A stretch of DNA of 64,000 bases from Spirochaetia bacterium (GTDB taxonomy: Bacteria > Spirochaetota > Spirochaetia > SZUA-6 > Bin103): contig CBDATQ010000001.1 in NCBI GenBank assembly GCA_965199955.1, forward strand, positions 1,888,001-1,952,000. Direction: 5' to 3'. Shown one piece after another: positions 59,982 to 64,000 of this stretch (positions are counted from its first letter, which is position 1; each line of letters opens with the position of its first letter). Made by a program: the position numbers and the translations under genes. The notes beneath the pieces are model-generated. The model made no database searches, was not told the DNA's origin, and worked only from the letters and a program-made list of their open reading frames with translations.

Positions 59982-60263
59982 TCAATACCCGAGCTCCGAA
60001 TGGGACCCGAGGCGAACGAGCCGCAGCGTTGCGGCGTCGGGCTTGTGATAGATCAGCACCAGATCGGGCTTCACGTGGCAATCGCGGTGATCTTTCCAGG
60101 CTCCGCTCAGCGCATGGTCGTGGTGCCGACGCTCCAGTGACTCGTCGTTGGCCAGAGCAACCAGGACGGGCACCAGGTCGGCGTCGAGCGACTCCCGGTG
60201 CCGGCCCCTGGCCTCACGTTTGTAGTCGCGTCTGAACTGGCTGGTACGCTCAATCTTGCGCAT
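59982..60263 (-). CDS. yafQ: YafQ-family mRNA interferase toxin
   Basis: DHALSGAWKDHRDCHVKPDLVLIY, RLGSHSEL. Confidence 0.93.
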   Translation of the reverse strand: MRKIERTSQFRRDYKREARGRHRESLDADLVPVLVALANDESLERRHHDHALSGAWKDHRDCHVKPDLVLIYHKPDAATLRLVRLGSHSELGY

Positions 60264-60513
60264 GCAGATCGTCCATGAGCGACTGCACGCTGTTGAACTG
60301 GCGGAGGTCGCCCTTGCGGGCTTCCTTCATCGCCTCGATGGTGACGGCGTTCGGAATCAGCGGCGCGAACGGCAGCGCCCCTTCCTGCGCAACCCGGGTC
60401 AGCAGCAGCCGCACCGCATCGGAAACGGTCAGGCCCATCGCGGCCAGCACGGCGGCCGCTTCTTCCTTCACGGCTCCGTCGATGCGGGCCTGGACGAGCT
60501 GATTTGCAGCCAT
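60250..60513 (-). CDS. dinJ: RelB/DinJ antitoxin
   Basis: VQARID..VKEEAAAVLAAMGLTVSDAVR, LPF, PNAVTIEAM; overlaps the toxin start. Confidence 0.93.
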   Translation of the reverse strand: MAANQLVQARIDGAVKEEAAAVLAAMGLTVSDAVRLLLTRVAQEGALPFAPLIPNAVTIEAMKEARKGDLRQFNSVQSLMDDLHAQD

Positions 60514-60680
60514 GGTCGATCCTCGCCTTTGTAATAATGAATGACATTGTAATGCAAGGATGCCAAGCACAACAGGTACTCAAGCGATAGACAGCGGCAA
60601 ACTCAAGGTGCCTTCGGCTCCGGAGCTGACTGGCAGCATCGTGTTCGCGATTGAGCCCGATACCTGTTCTTGACACCGGC

Positions 60681-61838
60681 TAGTCCGAAGTTCCAGGAGC
60701 GAAATTGCCTGAAGTCCTTGTGGTCAGGGTAGTTTCTCAATGGTGCAGGTTCCTGTGCATGGCTACATGCGGGGCGTGAGCCCAAGCAGCTCGAAACAGC
60801 GCTGCTGAACCGGCGTCGGGTGCGTGTGCAGCGTGAACGTGCTGCCGCCCTCTGCACAACCTGCATCGTGTTCGCGGTCAGCGTGCCCAGCTCAATGATC
60901 AGCGTGCGAGCTGTGCACCGGCAACCCGTCCTCGGTGCGCTTGCTTGACGCCTTGGCCGGCGCGGCCGCCGATCGCTGCGCCGGCGCCACTTCGAACAAC
61001 GACGGCGACACCTCACCGGCGGCCACCAGCGTGCGGATCGTCGGCGCGCGCAGCGTCGTGATCCACCGCGTCCCAACTGCGCCAGCTCGCAGTGGCTGCC
61101 CTCGAAGTAGGTCGAGCTCAGGTCGTAGAGCACCAGCGTGTGCTCGCTGAGGTGCTGTTCGGCCAGGCGGTCCTCGATCGCCGCTTTGGCGCCCGACCAA
61201 CCAGTCCATCGCCTCATAGAGCTCGTTCTCATCGACCTCGCCCAGCCGCAGCGACTCGCCCAGGGTGGACACGGCGCTGGCGGTGACAGCGCGCGGGCGG
61301 TGGCCAGCTTGGACTGCGCGTCGATGACGCGGGCGGTGATCATGGCGATGACCAACTCGCGCGAGCGGCTGGTCTTGCCGGCGATGAGGGTTATGGAGTC
61401 CGAGCTGCTTGAGGAGGCCCAGCACGGCGGCGAGGTGGCCGTGGGGCAGCGAGCGGCGTGAGCAGCAACGGATCCGAGACCGAGGCGAAGGCGTGGCCGC
61501 TCTTGAGCAGGGTGCGCAAGCCGTCGACCAGATCAGGGGGCCATGTGGAGAGGTTCGCGAGCGTGCGCTTCATGAGCTTGCCGTGCTCGCGGCAGGACTC
61601 GCGGAGCAGGATGGCAGGGGAGAGGAGCGGTTGGGGATGGACTTGATGTACCTGACTACCGATCTGTGGCACAGCATGCACCCAAATCGCGATATGTAAA
61701 GATCAGATAGCATGTCCTTCGCCGCTATTCACCCCCAATTACATGGACACGAGACGACGCCAATCAGCACGCAGATCACCTTGCACTAATTTCTGTCAAT
61801 GAAGTTACGAGAGATTCACGCTCTGGAACTTCGGGCTA
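60681..61838 (-). mobile_element. Degenerate, internally deleted copy of the IS1634 element
   Basis: Both termini retained; near-identical to 26873-28872 but lacking about 27643-27880 and about 27959-28561, plus frameshifts. Confidence 0.92.
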
Positions 61839-62145
61839 TAGTCCATGTCGGGTGACATCCGCCTCAGCCACGGCCTGGCACGTTCCTTTTGCATACCAGG
61901 TAAAACAGGTGTGCATGCGAGAGGGTGCCTGAGGAGGCGTCAGTGCCGGGTGAGACCCTCGGCGAGTCGATCTACGAGACCGCCGACCGCCACGGACCGC
62001 ACAAGCTGATCGCCGTGACCGTGAACCGCGCCGAGCTTCTACGTCACCGAGTCCCGCGACCTGCCCCTGGACATCATCGACCTCCGCAAGTACCGCCTGC
62101 GCGTCGGGAGTTGAGGAGCCTGCGCCGCGCGTCGACGATCGGGAC

Positions 62146-62315
62146 ATGCTGCCAACGCGTATCACGCTCCGCACCGAGTTTCGCATCGGCCGCGTCGACC
62201 GCGAGTCCTGGAGGACGCGCTGGTGATGGCCGGCTTCCTGCACAGCTTCGTGCGCCACGCGGACGTGGTGAAGATCGCCAACCTGGCGCAGAACGTGATC
62301 GCGCCGCTGATCAGA
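62146..62315 (+). pseudogene. GH51 alpha-L-arabinofuranosidase remnant
   Basis: [19 protein letters not shown] joined to [34 protein letters not shown]. Confidence 0.8.
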
Positions 62316-62433
62316 CCGAGCCGCCGCCTGCTGCGAGGCTGGTGCCACGATCATCGAGTCCTCGTCTTCCGATGAGATCAATCTGACCGACTCAAGTTTG
62401 CTGGATCAAGTCAAGCGTCACACCGTGCGCGGC

Positions 62434-63399
62434 TCAGTCGCCGACGGGTTGGGCGACTGAGCCGAACGTGGCTGCCAGACGGTCGACGTGCGCGGCGGCG
62501 AGCGGCCCGCGCTCGATCAAGCGGGCGGTCTGCGCGAGCTTGCGCTCGTCGACGGTCCCGCACATCACCGTCGTAACCCCGGGAGTGTAGGCCGCGTAGC
62601 GGTAGGCGGCCTCTAAGAGCGACTCGCAGTCGCCGTCGGCGGTGAGCCAGCCAAGCGGATCGTCGGCTGGCAGGGGGGCGTCCAGCAGGCCGTCACGGCG
62701 CAGCTCGTCGATGACCTGACGCACGCGTTCGGCGCTCGGGAACACGCGCCGTACCGTGAAGATGTTGAGCACGCCCACGTCCTGGCGCCGGCAAGCCGGG
62801 AACAGCGAGCGCTGCGCCGACTGGTTGATCAGGTTGTGGCCGACCATCACCACGTCGGCCAGGTCCGCCGGCAGCAGGTGGCGCAGCCAGAGGTGCGTGC
62901 CGTCCGAGCGGGTCTGCTCGCTCGAGCCCAGGAAGCGCACCTTGCCCTGACGGCGCAGCCGGTCGAGCACCGGGAACAGATCGTCGACGACGGTGCCGAA
63001 GTGCTCGGGAAGGTCGGCCACCGCCGCCAGCAGGACGTCGACGTAGTCGGTCCGCAGCCGCCGGAGGCTGGCCTCGACCGCCGGGGCCAGCGCCTCCGGA
63101 CGGGCCGGCGTGACCGCGACGCCGGGCGGCGCAACGGCCAGCGGCAGCTTGGTCGACACCACGACCTGGTCGCGCGGCAACTCCTGCAGCGCTTCGCCGA
63201 TCAGCCGCTCGCTGCGTCCGCCGCCGTAGTCGGGCGAGGTGTCGAACACGTTGATGCCGAGGTCGAACGCCCGCCGCAGGAGCCGGACCATGTCGGAGTC
63301 CGGCCGGCCGCTGGCCGCCCCCAGCGGGTCGTAGCCGCCCGAGCCCATGCCCATGATGGAGACCGGCAGGCCGGTGCGTCCCAGGATTCGCCGTGTCAT
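62434..63399 (-). CDS. Aldo/keto reductase
   Basis: LGRTGLPVS, FDTSPDYG, VSTK, SLRRLRTDYVD. Confidence 0.9.
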   Translation of the reverse strand: MTRRILGRTGLPVSIMGMGSGGYDPLGAASGRPDSDMVRLLRRAFDLGINVFDTSPDYGGGRSERLIGEALQELPRDQVVVSTKLPLAVAPPGVAVTPARPEALAPAVEASLRRLRTDYVDVLLAAVADLPEHFGTVVDDLFPVLDRLRRQGKVRFLGSSEQTRSDGTHLWLRHLLPADLADVVMVGHNLINQSAQRSLFPACRRQDVGVLNIFTVRRVFPSAERVRQVIDELRRDGLLDAPLPADDPLGWLTADGDCESLLEAAYRYAAYTPGVTTVMCGTVDERKLAQTARLIERGPLAAAHVDRLAATFGSVAQPVGD

Positions 63400-63420
63400 G
63401 CGGGGCGACTGGCGCTGTCG

Positions 63421-64000
63421 TCAGGCGGCGCCCACGGCCACCGCAGCGCCGCGGTCGGCCGATGCGTAGACGCTGTCCAGGATGCGCTGGATGACCAGCG
63501 CCTGACGCAGGGTGGTCTTGGGCGGGCCGCCGCCCAGGATCGCGCGGCAGAAGTCGGTCACCGGCCAGCGGTGCTGGCGCCACGGATCTTCGGCTCCTTC
63601 CCAGATCACGCGGCTGGCGACGCCCTCGGCGTCCGTCGCCGTGTCCAGGACGATGCGCTTCTGTTCGTCCGGCTCTATCTCCAGCCGCAGCGAGCCGCGG
63701 GTGCCGATCACCTGCCATGCGTGCTCGCGCCGCAGGGCCGAGAACTCGCCCCGTTCCAGGTGCAGGGCCGCGCCGTCCGCGCAGAGCACCAGCGCCACGT
63801 AGTGGCTCTCGCCGTCGGAGCCGGCGGCGACGCGGGAGGCCAGGTGCCCGGCGACCGGCCACGTGCGGGCCAGGGTGAGCTCCGGTTGCAGCCGCCAGCC
63901 GGTGAGTCCGAGCAGGTAGTCCAGGTCGTAGACGGTCCAGTTGGCGGCAATGCCACCGCCGTTCAGGGTACGGCTCACCCGCCACGGTGGCGGCTCCCTG
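63421..64000 (-). CDS. Gfo/Idh/MocA oxidoreductase, C-terminal part (5' end outside window)
   Basis: NGGGIAANWTVYDLD, VIGTRGSL, ILDSVYASA..G..V. Confidence 0.78.
   Translation of the reverse strand, partial: REPPPWRVSRTLNGGGIAANWTVYDLDYLLGLTGWRLQPELTLARTWPVAGHLASRVAAGSDGESHYVALVLCADGAALHLERGEFSALRREHAWQVIGTRGSLRLEIEPDEQKRIVLDTATDAEGVASRVIWEGAEDPWRQHRWPVTDFCRAILGGGPPKTTLRQALVIQRILDSVYASADRGAAVAVGAA

Noticed and set aside
26873..61838. Composite transposon or past inversion bounded by the two inverted IS copies
   Set aside because: Neither outer nor swapped flanks form matching target duplications, and the copies have diverged.
61925..62114. Coding-like fragment ending ...DLPLDIIDLRKYRLRVGS*
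   Set aside because: Probably another gene remnant, but I cannot assign a family.
1..64000. rRNA, tRNA, CRISPR arrays, prophage, retron or diversity-generating retroelement
   Set aside because: No such structures, reverse transcriptase, integrase or phage genes were recognised by eye.

Overview
High-GC bacterial window, rich in catabolic and transport genes. It holds a MacAB/FtsX-type export cluster, a family-5 (Opp/Dpp-type) and a family-1 (Lpl-type) ABC importer, a sulfatase, four intact PhyH-type Fe(II)/2OG enzymes plus one deleted copy, four aldo/keto reductases, four enolase-superfamily proteins, two PLP aminotransferases with an amidohydrolase, xylA, a xylB-like kinase, fhs and arfB. 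Interspersed are an intact IS1634-family element and an internally deleted second copy, a probable 106-bp MITE, an intact dinJ-yafQ pair and several orphan antitoxins. There is also a large set of internally deleted or truncated gene remnants: tyrS, GH51, AlbA_2, MBL hydrolase, DNA methylase, creatininase, pip and an S24 peptidase. The gene content and binding-protein signal style suggest a host-associated (possibly sponge-symbiont, Spirochaetota-like) heterotroph; this is inference only. Best leads: (1) a 2-TM SLATT-like gene coupled to an unannotated 54-aa Pro-rich micropeptide and an RHH antitoxin remnant; (2) a PhyH enzyme with the HxG halogenase-type substitution; (3) an enolase/pseudo-enolase tandem; (4) pervasive middle-out gene erosion; (5) a recurring leaderless-promoter signature. 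No rRNA, tRNA or CRISPR array was seen. All family calls come from motif recognition by eye, not from database searches.
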